Source of the DNA: Pseudomonadota bacterium
GTDB lineage: Bacteria > Pseudomonadota > Gammaproteobacteria > Burkholderiales > Burkholderiaceae_C
Reading direction: 5' to 3'
Assembly: GCA_021805805.1 (NCBI GenBank)
Contig: JAJZEB010000004.1
Span: forward strand, 1,218 to 65,217
DNA: 64,000 nt
Below, piece by piece: positions 36,561 to 49,461 of the stretch. The notes beneath the pieces were generated by a model. It saw only the letters and a program-made list of their open reading frames with translations, searched no databases and had not been told where the DNA came from. Both the position numbers and the translations under genes were made by a program. The first letter of the stretch is position 1; each line of letters opens with the position of its first letter.

Positions 36561-37472
36561 ATGTCGAACCTGCGCAAGCCTGTGACGAGAACGATCGTGT
36601 TCGCCGACATCGTCGGAAGCACCGGCCTGTACAAATCACTGGGCGATGCTGCGGCCGCACGGCTGATGACCTCGACCACCGAACTCATCGCCAACGCGGT
36701 TCTCGCCGCCGGCGGCGAAGTGGTCAAGACGCTCGGCGACGGCCTGCTCGCGGTGTTCGACGGCAACGATCCGGCAGTGCGCGCGTGCTGCGACGCGCAG
36801 CGCCTGCTCGCCGCGCGCGCGCTCCGAAGCCCGACCGCCGTTGCGCTGAAGGTCGGGCTGTCGCGCGGCCCGGTGGTGCTGACGCCTGGGGACTGCTTCG
36901 GCGATGCGGTCAACGCCGCGGCGCGGCTGTCCGACTCGGCTGCCGGAGGGCAGATCCTGCTCGGCGAAGCGGTCATCGAGGGCCTCGACGTCGAACGCGC
37001 GGCCAGACTGCGCAGCCTCGGTGCGATCTTCCTGCGCGGGTACGACGTTCCAGTCCCTGTGCACCAGATCGAGTGGGACGCGAGCTGGCAGGCCAACCAG
37101 ACGCTGCCGCACATGCCGACCCAGCTCGGCGGCGGACTGGCGTCGGCGCGGCTGCAGCTGCGCTGGCTCGACCGCGAAGCCGAGTTCGGCGTCGAGCAGA
37201 TGCCGGTGGGAATCGGACGCAGCCCATCGGCCGAATTCGCCGTCAACGACATCCGCGTATCCCGGCAGCATGCCCGCGTCGACTGGCGCGGCAGCTATTA
37301 CACGCTGCTCGATCTGTCGAGCAATGGAACCTGGGTCCGGTTCGCCGGCCAGGACAATGTGCTCGCGCTGCGCCGCAGCGAGTGCGCGCTGCACGGTTGC
37401 GGCGAAATCTGCCTGGGCGCCAAACCGACCGACCCGACCGCGCCGACCGTCCAGTTCGGCCTGCGCTCCTGA
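36561..37472 (+). CDS. Class III adenylate/guanylate cyclase with C-terminal FHA domain
   Basis: IVFADIVGST, VKTLGDGLL and DCFGDAVNAAARL; FHA motifs IGR...VSRQHA...DLSSNGT. Confidence 0.87.
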   Translation: MSNLRKPVTRTIVFADIVGSTGLYKSLGDAAAARLMTSTTELIANAVLAAGGEVVKTLGDGLLAVFDGNDPAVRACCDAQRLLAARALRSPTAVALKVGLSRGPVVLTPGDCFGDAVNAAARLSDSAAGGQILLGEAVIEGLDVERAARLRSLGAIFLRGYDVPVPVHQIEWDASWQANQTLPHMPTQLGGGLASARLQLRWLDREAEFGVEQMPVGIGRSPSAEFAVNDIRVSRQHARVDWRGSYYTLLDLSSNGTWVRFAGQDNVLALRRSECALHGCGEICLGAKPTDPTAPTVQFGLRS

Positions 37473-37476
37473 CCCG

Positions 37477-38559
37477 ATGAACCCCGCGCCTTCCTTCCGC
37501 CACGACGACGCGGCGCGCAGCGCCGTGTTGCTGCTCAACCTCGGCACCCCGCAGGCGCCGACGGCACCGGCACTGCGCCGTTATCTCGGCGAATTTCTCA
37601 GCGACCGTCGCGTGGTCGAGCTTCCCGCGCTGCTCTGGCAGCCGCTGCTGCGCGCGGTGATCCTGCCGCTGCGCGCGCGCAAGTCGGCGGCCAAGTACGC
37701 AACGATCTGGCGCGACGACGGCTCGCCGCTTGCCGCCGGCACCGCGCGCCTGGCACAGGCGCTGCAGGACGAACTGCAACGCCGCGGACGCGCGCTGCTG
37801 GTGCGGCACGCGATGCGCTACGGCGAACCGTCGACCGCCGCCGAGCTCGATTCCCTGCACGCCGCCGGCGTCACCCGGCTGCTCGCACTTCCGTTGTACC
37901 CGCAGTATTGCGCGGCGACCACGGCCTCGTCGCTGGACGCGGTCATGCATTGGTTCGAGCGCACCCGGCGCCAGCCCGAATTGCGCACCGTGCGCAGCTT
38001 CGCCGATTTTCCCGGCTACATCGATTCGCTTGCCGGCAAGATCCGCGCGCGCTGGGAAATCGACGGCGAGCCCGAACAGCTGCTCATGAGCTTTCACGGC
38101 ATGCCGCAGCGCACGCTGCACGACGGCGACCCGTATTTCTGCGAGTGCCAGGCCAGCGCGCGGCTGCTGGCCGACGCGCTGGCGCTGCCGCCGCAGCGCT
38201 GGCACGTGAGCTTCCAGTCGCGCTTCGGCCGCCAGGCGTGGCTGCAACCGTACACTGCGGCCACGCTGCAAAGGCTCGCGCGCGACGGCTGCAACGCGGT
38301 CGACGTGGTCTGTCCCGGATTCGCGGTCGACTGCCTCGAAACGCTCGAGGAAATCGCCATCGAAGGCCGGCAGATCTTCCTCGGCGCTGGTGGGCGCCAG
38401 TACCGCTACATCGAGTGTCTGAACTCAGACGCGCAGTGGGTTGCACGGCTGGCCGATCTGGTCGAGTCGCAACTGCAGGGCTGGCCCGACCAACCCGAAC
38501 CTGCGGCCGCATTGGCCGAACGCGGCAAACGCGCGCGCGCACTCGGCGCACGTGCTTGA
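37477..38559 (+). CDS. hemH: Ferrochelatase
   Basis: LLNLGTP, PLYPQY, MSFHG, FQSRFG and PGFAVDCLETLEEI motifs. Confidence 0.95.
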   Translation: MNPAPSFRHDDAARSAVLLLNLGTPQAPTAPALRRYLGEFLSDRRVVELPALLWQPLLRAVILPLRARKSAAKYATIWRDDGSPLAAGTARLAQALQDELQRRGRALLVRHAMRYGEPSTAAELDSLHAAGVTRLLALPLYPQYCAATTASSLDAVMHWFERTRRQPELRTVRSFADFPGYIDSLAGKIRARWEIDGEPEQLLMSFHGMPQRTLHDGDPYFCECQASARLLADALALPPQRWHVSFQSRFGRQAWLQPYTAATLQRLARDGCNAVDVVCPGFAVDCLETLEEIAIEGRQIFLGAGGRQYRYIECLNSDAQWVARLADLVESQLQGWPDQPEPAAALAERGKRARALGARA

Positions 38560-38649
38560 CCTGGGCGGTCCCGGGCGCGCGGCGGCTCCGGCTGCGGCCC
38601 ACACGTAGAATTTTGCCTATGCAACGCGCATTTAGCGCCAGGATCTGAA

Positions 38650-40416
38650 TTGCTTCTTCGTCTTTCTCGCAACATTCCCGACTGGCTGGCCGACGCGCTG
38701 GTTCTCGCGCTGTCCGCTGCATGCCTGTTCGCATGGCTGGGATTGCCGCCGCTGCGCGACAACAACGAGGCGCTGTACGCCGACATCGGCTGGGCCATGG
38801 CGCATGGCGGCAGCTGGATCATTCCCCATCTCGACGGCGTCCCCTATATTGAGAAGCCGCCGCTGCTGTACTGGCTCATGGCGCTGGCTTTCAAGGCCTT
38901 CGGTTTCGGCGCCTGGCAGGCGCGCCTTCCCGACGCGGCTGCGGCGTGGCTGAGCTGCGTGCTGTGCATCGTCTGGGGACGCAGCGTGGGCGCGCCGCTT
39001 GCCGGGCGTTTCGCCGCGCTGGTCTGCGGCACCGCGCTGGGCTATGTGCTGATCGCACGCACCATCCTGTTCGACCCGCTGCTCGTGCTGTTCTGGCTTG
39101 CCGCGTTCGTGCTCGTTCAACGCGCGGTCTACGAGCGCCGCAAGATGTGGCTGAGGCTTGCCATGCTGCCGCTGGCGCTGGCGGTGCTGAGCAAGGGTCC
39201 GCTGGCGCTGGCTTTGCTTGGCCTGGTTGCGCTTGTACGGCTGCTCGCCGCCCCCGGCACCTGGCGTCGTGCAGCGCTGCTGCGCTTTTACCTCGACGTT
39301 CCCGCGATCGCCTTGTTCGTCGCGCTGCTGGCTCCGTGGCATGTCGCGGCGACCCTGCAACAACCGGGTTTCGCATGGTTCTATTTCGTCAACGAGACGG
39401 TGATGCGTTTCCTCGGCACCCGCATCCCGGCCGATTTCCACACCGGTCCCTGGTGGTACTACGCGCCGAAGCTGCTGATCGGCTTCTTCCAGTGGGTCCC
39501 GCTGCTGCTGGTCCTGGCATGGCGAGCGCCTCGCCTGCGCGACGGCATCGCAGCGGATGCCGCGCGCTGGGCCCGCGACGCCTCTGTGGTTCTGGTGGTG
39601 TTCTTTTCGTCGGCTGGCGACAAGGGCGCGTACTACCTGCTTCCGGTGATCCCGCTGGTCGCATTCTGGCTCGGCGTGCGCCTGCAGCATGCGGCCGACT
39701 CCGGAGCGCTGGACGCACTCAGCCGCGCGCTCGCCCCCGCAGCGCTGCTGTTCGGCGCCGCCGCCGTCGGCCTGTGGGCGGCCACGCTGGCGTCGCCGCT
39801 GCACGACTCACTGCTGCGCAGCGGGTTGCCGACGACGCAGTTCTCGCTGCTGCCGTGGCTGATCGGCTCAGTCGTGCTGTGCGCGCTGGCCGGCTGGGCC
39901 GGGCTGGCGCACGCCCATCTGGACAGCGGGCTGCTCGGCTACGCGGTGGTTGCACTGGTCATGGTCGCCTTCTCCACCGAGCTCGATGTGGCCAAGACCA
40001 ACGACACCTCGCAGCGTCTGGTTGCCGCAGCGCTGCACAGGGCGATGCCGGCCGACACCGAGGTCTACTCGTGGCAGACCTTCGAGGACCACGACGCCTC
40101 GCTGCTGAACTATGGCTGGCATCCCGTGCGCGTGATCGACAGCACCAGCTCGGATCTGTGGTTCGGCTGTCGTTATCTGGGCGCCCGCGGTCCGTGCGTC
40201 GACGAACGCGCGCTGCGCCAGGCGCGCCGGGCCGGCCGACCGGTCGCGGTCTGGGTCGCACGCAACCGGCTGCCGAGCTTTCTCGCCAGCGGTTTGCAGC
40301 GCGGAATGCTGCAGCTGGCTTTCAAGGACAGCGTGGTGTTCATGAGCCGCGCTGGCGAAGCGGTGGCCGAGCGCTCGCGGTCGGGCCTTGAAATCGGCGC
40401 GCCCGTCCCCAGATGA
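38650..40416 (+). CDS. GT-C fold glycosyltransferase family 39 (ArnT/PMT-like) membrane protein
   Basis: NEALYADIGWAM...IPHLDGVPYIEKPPLLYW, ARLP, FDPLL, LSKGP and KGAYYLLP; many transmembrane segments. TTG start. Confidence 0.83.
   Translation: MLLRLSRNIPDWLADALVLALSAACLFAWLGLPPLRDNNEALYADIGWAMAHGGSWIIPHLDGVPYIEKPPLLYWLMALAFKAFGFGAWQARLPDAAAAWLSCVLCIVWGRSVGAPLAGRFAALVCGTALGYVLIARTILFDPLLVLFWLAAFVLVQRAVYERRKMWLRLAMLPLALAVLSKGPLALALLGLVALVRLLAAPGTWRRAALLRFYLDVPAIALFVALLAPWHVAATLQQPGFAWFYFVNETVMRFLGTRIPADFHTGPWWYYAPKLLIGFFQWVPLLLVLAWRAPRLRDGIAADAARWARDASVVLVVFFSSAGDKGAYYLLPVIPLVAFWLGVRLQHAADSGALDALSRALAPAALLFGAAAVGLWAATLASPLHDSLLRSGLPTTQFSLLPWLIGSVVLCALAGWAGLAHAHLDSGLLGYAVVALVMVAFSTELDVAKTNDTSQRLVAAALHRAMPADTEVYSWQTFEDHDASLLNYGWHPVRVIDSTSSDLWFGCRYLGARGPCVDERALRQARRAGRPVAVWVARNRLPSFLASGLQRGMLQLAFKDSVVFMSRAGEAVAERSRSGLEIGAPVPR
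40387..40414 (+). promoter_or_regulatory. sigma32 promoter for grpE
   Basis: CTTGAAA-N13-CCCCAGAT, about 70 nt before grpE. Confidence 0.75.
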
Positions 40417-40482
40417 CCGCAGGACTCCGGCGCGCGAACCACGCGCCCGCATCGCAATCCCCCATCTGAAGCCTCCGGACCC

Positions 40483-41043
40483 ATGAATTCAGCGCAGAAT
40501 CCGAATCCCGAACCGACGATCGATCCCTCCGACCACGCCGCCGCGCCCGCAGCAGCCGGGACGGAGGCCAAACCGGCCGACCTGGCGCAGCAGTTGCAGA
40601 GCGCGCAACGCGAGATCGCCGAGCTGAAGGACCAGTTCCTGCGCGCCAAGGCAGAATCCGAGAACACCCGCCGGCGCGCCGAAGAGGAAACCGCCAAGGC
40701 ACGCAAGTTCGCGGTCGAGTCGATGGCCCAGGAGCTGCTCCCGGTCAAGGACAGCCTGGAAGCGGCGCTGGCCGACGGCAGCGGCAGCATCGAGGCGATC
40801 AAGAAAGGCGTCGAGCTGACTCTGAGCCAGCTGCGCGGTGCATTCGAACGCAGCCGCATCCAGGAAATCGCCCCGGCCGGAGGCGAGCGCTTCGATCCGG
40901 CGCGCCACCAGGCGATCGCCACGGTGGCGGCCGAGCAGGCCGCCAATACCGTCGTCGGCGTGCTGCAGAAAGGCTACGCACTGGCTGAACGGACGCTTCG
41001 TCCGGCTTTGGTCACGGTCGCCGCCGCCGAACAAAATCCATAA
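40483..41043 (+). CDS. grpE: Nucleotide exchange factor GrpE
   Basis: [21 protein letters not shown] and QKGY...RTLRPALV; upstream of dnaK. Confidence 0.95.
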   Translation: MNSAQNPNPEPTIDPSDHAAAPAAAGTEAKPADLAQQLQSAQREIAELKDQFLRAKAESENTRRRAEEETAKARKFAVESMAQELLPVKDSLEAALADGSGSIEAIKKGVELTLSQLRGAFERSRIQEIAPAGGERFDPARHQAIATVAAEQAANTVVGVLQKGYALAERTLRPALVTVAAAEQNP

Positions 41044-41050
41044 AGCGCCC

Positions 41051-41079
41051 CTTGAAACAGCGACGCCGCAGCAGCATTT
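41051..41079 (+). promoter_or_regulatory. Putative sigma32 promoter for dnaK
   Basis: CTTGAAA-N14-CAGCATTT. Confidence 0.55.
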
Positions 41080-41148
41080 GAAAAGGCGACGGTCCGCCGC
41101 CTTCGACGCCGCGGACACGACCCGATCCAGACAATCACGGAGTACAAA

Positions 41149-43077
<1,929 letters not shown>

Positions 43078-43104
43078 TTCCCCATGGCTGCTTGACGACA
43101 ATGC

Positions 43105-43131
43105 GGGGAGGGCCTGACGCCCTCCCCTTTT
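43105..43131 (+). terminator. Intrinsic terminator/attenuator between dnaK and dnaJ
   Basis: GGGGAGGGC-CTGAC-GCCCTCCCC-TTTT. Confidence 0.75.
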
Positions 43132-43159
43132 GCATGGCACCCATTCGACGACGACCAGC

Positions 43160-44284
43160 ATGGCCAAGCGCGATTTCTACGAAGTACTCGGCGTGTCCCG
43201 CGACGCGGACGAAGACGTCCTGAAGAAGGCCTACCGCAAGCTGGCCATGAAGTACCACCCCGACCGGACCCAGGGCGACAAGGACGGCGAGGAGAAGTTC
43301 AAGGAAGCCAAGCTGGCCTACGAGACGCTGAGCGATCCGCAAAAGCGCGCCGCGTACGACCGCTACGGCCACGCGGGGGTCGATCCGTCGGCTGCGGCCG
43401 GGGCCGGAGGCTTCGGCGGCGGCGCCGGATTCGCCGACTTCGGCAGCATCTTCGAGGAGATCTTCGGCGGCGGCGGGCGACGCGGCGGCGGCCAGCAGGT
43501 CTACCGTGGCGCCGACCTCAGCTACGCGCTGACCCTGACGCTCGAAGAGGCCGCGCTGGGAACGACCAAATCGCTGCGCATCCCGTCGTGGGACACCTGC
43601 GACAGCTGCCACGGCAGCGGCGCCAAACCCGGCACCAAGGCCAAGACCTGCCCCAGTTGCCAGGGCAGCGGAGCGACCACCCAGCGCATGGGTCCGTTCG
43701 CGATGCAGCAGACCTGCGGCACCTGCGGCGGCAGCGGCCGCATCATCCCCGAACCGTGCCCGGTCTGCCGCGGCCAGGGGCGCGTGCAGCGGCAGAAGAC
43801 GCTCGAAGTGCAGATCCCGGCCGGAATCGACGCCGGCATGCGCATCCGCTCCAGCGGCAACGGCGAACCCGGCGTCAACGGCGGCCCCAGCGGCGACCTC
43901 TACGTCGAGATCCAGATCAAGCCGCATGCGCTGTTCGAGCGCCACGGCGACGATCTGCACTGCCGCGTTCCGGTCGGCATGACCGCGGCCGCGCTGGGCG
44001 CGCGCATCGAAGTGCCCACGCTCGGGGGCGCCGCCGAAATCGACCTTCCCGAAGGTACGCAGTCGGGCAAGACCTTGCGCTTGCGCGGCAAGGGTGTCAA
44101 GGGCATCCACTCGGGGCATCCCGGCGATCTGTACTGCCACATCGAGGTCGAGACTCCGGTGCGGCTCAGCGACGAGCAGCGCCAGTTGCTCGAGCAGCTC
44201 GATGCGTCGTTCAAGCGCGGCGGCGACCGCCACTCGCCGGCCGGCAAGAGCTGGGCCGACAAGGTGCGCGATTTGTTCAAATAG
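43160..44284 (+). CDS. dnaJ: Chaperone DnaJ
   Basis: J-domain HPD, G/F-rich region and four CxxCxGxG repeats. Confidence 0.97.
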   Translation: MAKRDFYEVLGVSRDADEDVLKKAYRKLAMKYHPDRTQGDKDGEEKFKEAKLAYETLSDPQKRAAYDRYGHAGVDPSAAAGAGGFGGGAGFADFGSIFEEIFGGGGRRGGGQQVYRGADLSYALTLTLEEAALGTTKSLRIPSWDTCDSCHGSGAKPGTKAKTCPSCQGSGATTQRMGPFAMQQTCGTCGGSGRIIPEPCPVCRGQGRVQRQKTLEVQIPAGIDAGMRIRSSGNGEPGVNGGPSGDLYVEIQIKPHALFERHGDDLHCRVPVGMTAAALGARIEVPTLGGAAEIDLPEGTQSGKTLRLRGKGVKGIHSGHPGDLYCHIEVETPVRLSDEQRQLLEQLDASFKRGGDRHSPAGKSWADKVRDLFK

Positions 44285-44387
44285 AGCTGCGCCCGCTGCG
44301 CGGCCGGCGTCCTCGGTCGATGCGACAATGGATGTTTGCGCGGGGCGGCATTCGCGGCCCCGCGACCCGGAACGCACCTGAACTGCC

Positions 44388-45492
44388 ATGGAAGCCGAAC
44401 AACTCAACGCCATTTCCGCCCAACTGCGCGACCTGTCCGAGCGAACGCAGCTTTTACGGGGGTATCTTTGACTACGCAGCAAAGGCCGCTCGCCTGAGCG
44501 AAGTCAGCGCCGCGCTCGAAGACCCCAGCGTCTGGAACGACCCCAAGCGCGCGCAAGAGCTCGGGCGCGAAAACCGCAGCCTCGAAGCCGTGGTTCTGGA
44601 AATCGACCGCATCGAGCGCGAACTTGCCGATCAGCGCGAGCTGTTCGATCTGTCGCGCGACGAGGACGACGACGCCACGCTGCTGGAAATCGAGGCCGAT
44701 GTGCAGGCCACGGCCCGCCGCGTCGAGAACATGGAGTTCCGGCGCATGTTCTCGAACCCGATGGACCCGGGCAACTGCTTTGTCGACATCCAGGCCGGCG
44801 CCGGCGGAACCGAGGCCTGCGACTGGGCCGCGATGCTGCTGCGCCAGTACCTGCGCTATTGCGAGCGCCAGGGCTTCAAGGTCGAGGTGCTCGAGGAGTC
44901 GGCCGGCGATGTCGCCGGCATCAAGAGCGCGTCGATCAAGGTCGACGGCGATTACGCGTACGGCAAGCTGCGCACCGAAACCGGCGTGCACAGGCTGGTG
45001 CGCAAGAGTCCGTTCGACTCGTCGGGAGGACGCCACACGAGTTTCGCCAGCGTGTTCGTCTACCCCGAGGTCGACGACTCGATCGAAATCGACATCAACC
45101 CTGCCGAAGTGCGCATCGACACCTTCCGCGCCAGCGGTGCCGGTGGCCAGCACATCAACAAGACCGACTCGGCGGTGCGCATCACCCACCTTCCGACCGG
45201 GATCGTCGTGCAGTGCCAGAACGACCGCTCGCAGCACAAGAACCGCGCCGAGGCGTGGTCGATGCTGCGCTCGCGGCTTTTCGAGCACGAACTGCGCAAG
45301 CGCCAGGCCGAACAGCAAAAGCTCGAGGACAGCAAGAGCGACGTCGGCTGGGGCCACCAGATCCGTTCGTACGTGCTCGACCAGAGCCGGATCAAGGATC
45401 TGCGGACCTCGGTCGAGATTTCCAATACCCAGAAGGTGCTCGACGGCGACCTCGACGAGTTCATCACCGCCAGCCTCAAACAAGGCCTCTGA
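44388..45492 (+). CDS. prfB: Peptide chain release factor 2 with programmed +1 frameshift (join 44388..44468, 44470..45492)
   Basis: CGGGGG-TAT-CTT-TGA-C slippery site at 44457-44472; SPF and GGQ motifs lie in the +1 frame. Confidence 0.96.
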
Positions 45493-45524
45493 GCGGCGCC
45501 GCCGCGCTGGGCCACGACCACACG

Positions 45525-48167
45525 ATGTCCACCGAACACGCCATCTCCCGCCACGACTACGCGCCGCCCGCTTACGACATCGAGCAGGTGCAGCTTGAAT
45601 TCGATCTCGACCCCGAGCGCACCCGGGTGTGCAGCCGCATGCGGGTCAGGCGCCGCGCCGATGCTCCGGCCACTGCGGCGTTGCAGCTCGACGGCGAAGA
45701 CCTGATGCTCAAGTCGCTGCAGATCGACGGCAGGCCGTGCATCTACGCCCAGGTCGCCGGCGGCATCCGGCTCGAGCATCTGCCCGAAGTCTTCGAGCTC
45801 GAACTCGTCAACAGCTGCGCGCCGCGCGCCAACACGCGACTGTCGGGGCTGTACCTGTCGGGCGACGCGTTCTTCACCCAGTGCGAAGCCGAAGGCTTCC
45901 GCCGCATCACCTACTGGCCTGACCGGCCCGACGTGATGAGCCGCTTCACCGTCGTGTTGCGCGCCGATGCGACGCGCTGGCCGGTGCTGCTGAGCAACGG
46001 CAACCTGGTCGCCGACACGACTCTGCCCGACGGCCGCCGCCAGGTCACCTGGGAAGATCCTTTCCCCAAGCCCAGTTATCTGTTCGCGCTGGTCGCCGGG
46101 CGCCTGGTGGCGCGCGCGCGCCGCGTGCGCGACCGCAACGGCCGCGAGCATCTGCTGCAGGTCTACGTGCGCGAAGGCGATCTGGACAAGACCGAGCACG
46201 CGCTGCACGCGCTCGAACAGGCGGCGGCGTGGGACGAGCAGCGCTTCGGCCTGAGCCTGGACCTGGATCGCTTCATGATCGTCGCGGTCAGCGACTTCAA
46301 CATGGGCGCGATGGAGAACAAGGGCCTGAACGTCTTCAACACCAAGTACGTGCTGGCCAACCCGGCCACCGCGACCGACACCGATTTCCAGAACATCGAA
46401 TCGGTGGTCGGCCACGAGTACTTCCACAACTGGAGCGGCAATCGCGTGACCTGCCGCGACTGGTTCCAGCTCAGCCTCAAGGAAGGGCTGACGGTGTTCC
46501 GCGACCAGGAGTTCAGCCAGGACCTGGCCGCTGCCGCCGGCGGCGCATCGGCCCGCGCGGTGCGGCGCATCGAGGACGTTCGCGCGCTGCGCGCGGTGCA
46601 GTTCCCCGAGGACGCCGGCCCGATGGCGCACCCGGTGCGCCCGGACAGCTACGTGGCCATCGACAATTTCTACACCCCGACCGTCTACGAAAAAGGCGCC
46701 GAGGTCGTGCGCATGATGCAGACCCTGGTCGGCCGCGACGGCTTCGCGCGCGGGCTGGCGCTGTATTTCCAGCGCCATGACGGCCAGGCCGTGACCTGCG
46801 ACGACTTCCTCGCCGCGATGGCCGATGCGAACCCCGAATCGGCGCTGCACGCGAACCGCGCGCAGTTCGCGCTGTGGTACGCGCAAGCCGGCACGCCGCA
46901 TCTGCGGGTGCGCGGACAGTACGACGCGGCCACCGCCAGCTACACCCTGCAGGTCGCGCAGCACAACCCGCCGAGCCCCGGCCAGGCGGACAAGCAGCCT
47001 CAGGTCGTTCCGCTGCGCGTCGGGCTGCTCGGAGCCGACGGCCAGGCGCTGCGCTTCGGCTACCGCGACGCGGCGCCGGCCGACGAGGCCTTGCTCGTCG
47101 TCACCGAGGCGCAGCAATCGTTCACGCTGACGGGTGTCCCCGAAGCGCCGGTGCCGTCGCTGCTGCGCGGATTCTCCGCTCCGGTGCTGCTCGACGACGG
47201 GCTCGACGATCGCGCGCGGCTGACGCTGCTGGCGCGCGACGCCGACGCCCTCAATCGCTGGGAGGCCGCACAGCGACTGGGGTTGTCGCGATTGCTCGCG
47301 GCCACCGCCGACCCGACCCTGGTGCTCGACGCGGCCTACCTCGACGCGCTGCGCGCGGTGCTCGGCGACGACTCCCTCGACCCCGCACTGCGCGAGCTCA
47401 CGCTGATCCTCCCCGGCGAGGGCTATGTCGCCGAGCAGCTGGCCGAAGTCGACCCGCCCGCGGTGCACCGCGCGCGCCAGGCGCTGCGGGCGCAGATCGC
47501 CGACGCGCTGGCACCGGACTGGGAGCGCGCCTGGCACGCGATGGCGCCGCTGGGAGGCTGGCGCCCGGACTACGCCGGTGCCGCGCGCCGCGCGCTGCGC
47601 AACCTGGCGCTGGCGCAGCTGACACTGCGTGGCGGCGCCGCCTGGCAGGGCCGCGCGTACCAGCTGGTGAAGGACGCGGACAATATGACTGACCGCTTTG
47701 CTGCGCTGTCTGCGCTGGTCTCCGCCGGCGCCGAGCTTGCCGCGCCGGCGCTGCAGCGCTTTGCCGCGCAATTCGCCCACGAACCGCTGGTGATCGACAA
47801 ATGGTTCGCGCTGCAGGCTGCCGCCCCAGGCATCGACGTCGATGCGGTGCGCGCGCTGATGCAGCATGCCGACTTCAACATCCGCAACCCCAATCGCGCG
47901 CGCAGCGTGATCGCGACCTTCTGCCACGGCAACCCCGGAGCGTTCCATCGCGCCGACGGCGCCGGCTATGCGTTCTGGGCCGAGCAGGTCGCCGCGCTCG
48001 ATGCGCTGAACCCGCAGGTCGCAGCCCGGCTGGCACGCGCGCTCGACCGCTGGCGCCGACTGGCACCGGCCTACCGCGAAGCCGCGCACGACGCCATGCG
48101 CGGCCTCGCGGACCAGCGCAGCCTGTCGGCCGATTGCCGCGAAATCCTCGACAAGGCCCTCGCCTGA
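45525..48167 (+). CDS. pepN: Aminopeptidase N
   Basis: GAMEN, HEYFH-x18-E (LKEGLT) zinc motif, YEKGAEV and C-terminal NPNRARS. Confidence 0.96.
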   Translation: MSTEHAISRHDYAPPAYDIEQVQLEFDLDPERTRVCSRMRVRRRADAPATAALQLDGEDLMLKSLQIDGRPCIYAQVAGGIRLEHLPEVFELELVNSCAPRANTRLSGLYLSGDAFFTQCEAEGFRRITYWPDRPDVMSRFTVVLRADATRWPVLLSNGNLVADTTLPDGRRQVTWEDPFPKPSYLFALVAGRLVARARRVRDRNGREHLLQVYVREGDLDKTEHALHALEQAAAWDEQRFGLSLDLDRFMIVAVSDFNMGAMENKGLNVFNTKYVLANPATATDTDFQNIESVVGHEYFHNWSGNRVTCRDWFQLSLKEGLTVFRDQEFSQDLAAAAGGASARAVRRIEDVRALRAVQFPEDAGPMAHPVRPDSYVAIDNFYTPTVYEKGAEVVRMMQTLVGRDGFARGLALYFQRHDGQAVTCDDFLAAMADANPESALHANRAQFALWYAQAGTPHLRVRGQYDAATASYTLQVAQHNPPSPGQADKQPQVVPLRVGLLGADGQALRFGYRDAAPADEALLVVTEAQQSFTLTGVPEAPVPSLLRGFSAPVLLDDGLDDRARLTLLARDADALNRWEAAQRLGLSRLLAATADPTLVLDAAYLDALRAVLGDDSLDPALRELTLILPGEGYVAEQLAEVDPPAVHRARQALRAQIADALAPDWERAWHAMAPLGGWRPDYAGAARRALRNLALAQLTLRGGAAWQGRAYQLVKDADNMTDRFAALSALVSAGAELAAPALQRFAAQFAHEPLVIDKWFALQAAAPGIDVDAVRALMQHADFNIRNPNRARSVIATFCHGNPGAFHRADGAGYAFWAEQVAALDALNPQVAARLARALDRWRRLAPAYREAAHDAMRGLADQRSLSADCREILDKALA

Positions 48168-48183
48168 TTCCCTGGAGCCCCGC

Positions 48184-49206
48184 ATGGCACACGAACACAT
48201 CACCCTGTCGCGCTGGCTGATCGAGCAGGAGCGCAGCCACGGCCACATCCCGGGTTCGCTGCGGCTGTTGATCGAGCAGGTCGCGCGCGCGTGCAAACGC
48301 ATCAGCCGCACCGTCAGCCGCGCCGCCAGCAGCGGCGCGCTCGGCAGCCTGGGCAGCGAGAACGTGCAGGGCGAGGTGCAGAAGCAGCTCGACGTGATCG
48401 CCAACGACGTGCTGCTCGAAGCCAACGAGTGGGGCGGCCACCTGGCCGCGATGGCGTCCGAGGAACTCGAGACGATCCATGCCATTCCGCACCGCTTCCC
48501 GCGCGGCGAGTACCTGCTGATGTTCGATCCGCTCGACGGCTCGAGCAACATCGAAGTCAACATCACCATCGGCACCATCTTCTCGGTGCTGCGGCTGCCC
48601 GACGGCGTCGCCACCGTGCGCGCCGAGCATTTCCTGCAACCCGGCAGGCAGCAGGTCGCTGCCGGCTACTGCACCTACGGCCCGCAGACCACGCTGGTGC
48701 TGACCCTGGGCCACGGCGTCGCAGTCTTCACCCTCGATCTGGACGACAGCGGCTTCGTGCTGGTCAAGGAGCATCTGGCGATTCCGCGCGCCAGCCGCGA
48801 GTTCGCGATCAACATGTCGAACATGCGCCACTGGGCTCCTCCGGTGCGGCGCTACATCGACGAGTGCCTGGCTGGACGCGACGGCCCGCGCGGAGTCGAC
48901 TTCAACATGCGCTGGGTCGCCAGCATGGTCGCCGACGTGCATCGCGTGCTCGAGCGCGGCGGCGTGTTCATGTACCCGTGGGACGCACGCGAACCCGACC
49001 GCGCCGGCAAGCTGCGGCTGCTGTACGAAGCCAACCCGATGGCCTTTCTGGTCGAGCAGGCCGGCGGCATGGCGCTGGCCGGGCATCAGCGCATTCTCGA
49101 CATCGAACCGACCGGCCTGCACCAGCGCGCTGCGGTGATGCTGGGCTCGAGCGACGAGATCGAACGCCTCGGGCGTTACCACCGAGAAGCGCTCGGTATA
49201 GAATAA
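48184..49206 (+). CDS. fbp: Class 1 fructose-1,6-bisphosphatase
   Basis: [21 protein letters not shown] and HQR motifs. Confidence 0.95.
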   Translation: MAHEHITLSRWLIEQERSHGHIPGSLRLLIEQVARACKRISRTVSRAASSGALGSLGSENVQGEVQKQLDVIANDVLLEANEWGGHLAAMASEELETIHAIPHRFPRGEYLLMFDPLDGSSNIEVNITIGTIFSVLRLPDGVATVRAEHFLQPGRQQVAAGYCTYGPQTTLVLTLGHGVAVFTLDLDDSGFVLVKEHLAIPRASREFAINMSNMRHWAPPVRRYIDECLAGRDGPRGVDFNMRWVASMVADVHRVLERGGVFMYPWDAREPDRAGKLRLLYEANPMAFLVEQAGGMALAGHQRILDIEPTGLHQRAAVMLGSSDEIERLGRYHREALGIE

Positions 49207-49216
49207 GCGGTTTCGT

Positions 49217-49292
49217 GCCGGTGTAGCTCAGTCGGTAGAGCAGCTCATTCGTAATGAGAAGGTCGAGGGTTCGATTCCTTTCACCGGCACCA
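49217..49292 (+). tRNA. thrW: tRNA-Thr(CGT)
   Basis: 76-nt cloverleaf GCCGGTG...CACCGGC-ACCA; anticodon loop TTCGTAA; TTCGATT T-loop. Confidence 0.96.
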
Positions 49293-49336
49293 CGAACATG
49301 ATGGCAAGAGTTGGCGCAAGACCAACAAGCCATAAC

Positions 49337-49451
49337 AATCAAGCACTTAGCGGACTTTTCAACAGTCCCCAGTGTTGCCTAAAGTAGGCACCGCACCACC
49401 AATTCCCCCGCGCCTTTACGCATACACTACGCATGTGATTACGCATGCGTA
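49337..49451. promoter_or_regulatory. att arm: IHF site plus TACGCAT repeats (probable integrase arm-binding sites)
   Basis: AATCAAGCACTTA (49337-49349) matches WATCAANNNNTTR. TACGCAT occurs at 49417, 49428 and 49440, with an inverted copy at 49445-49451. Confidence 0.65.
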
Positions 49452-49461
49452 GGAGGTAGCG

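Noticed and set aside
40420-40482. CIRCE/HrcA operator upstream of grpE-dnaK
   Set aside because: No TTAGCACTC-N9-GAGTGCTAA match was seen; only sigma32-type promoters are supported.
44457-44472. In-frame stop in prfB
   Set aside because: This is the well-known autoregulatory +1 frameshift, not a pseudogene or a novelty.
45060-48614. 1184-aa antisense ORF, and similar long ORFs opposite uvrB, clpA, rpoD, dnaK, the helicase and nadE
   Set aside because: Reverse-strand shadows of well-conserved genes caused by codon bias and few stop codons; no recognisable domains.
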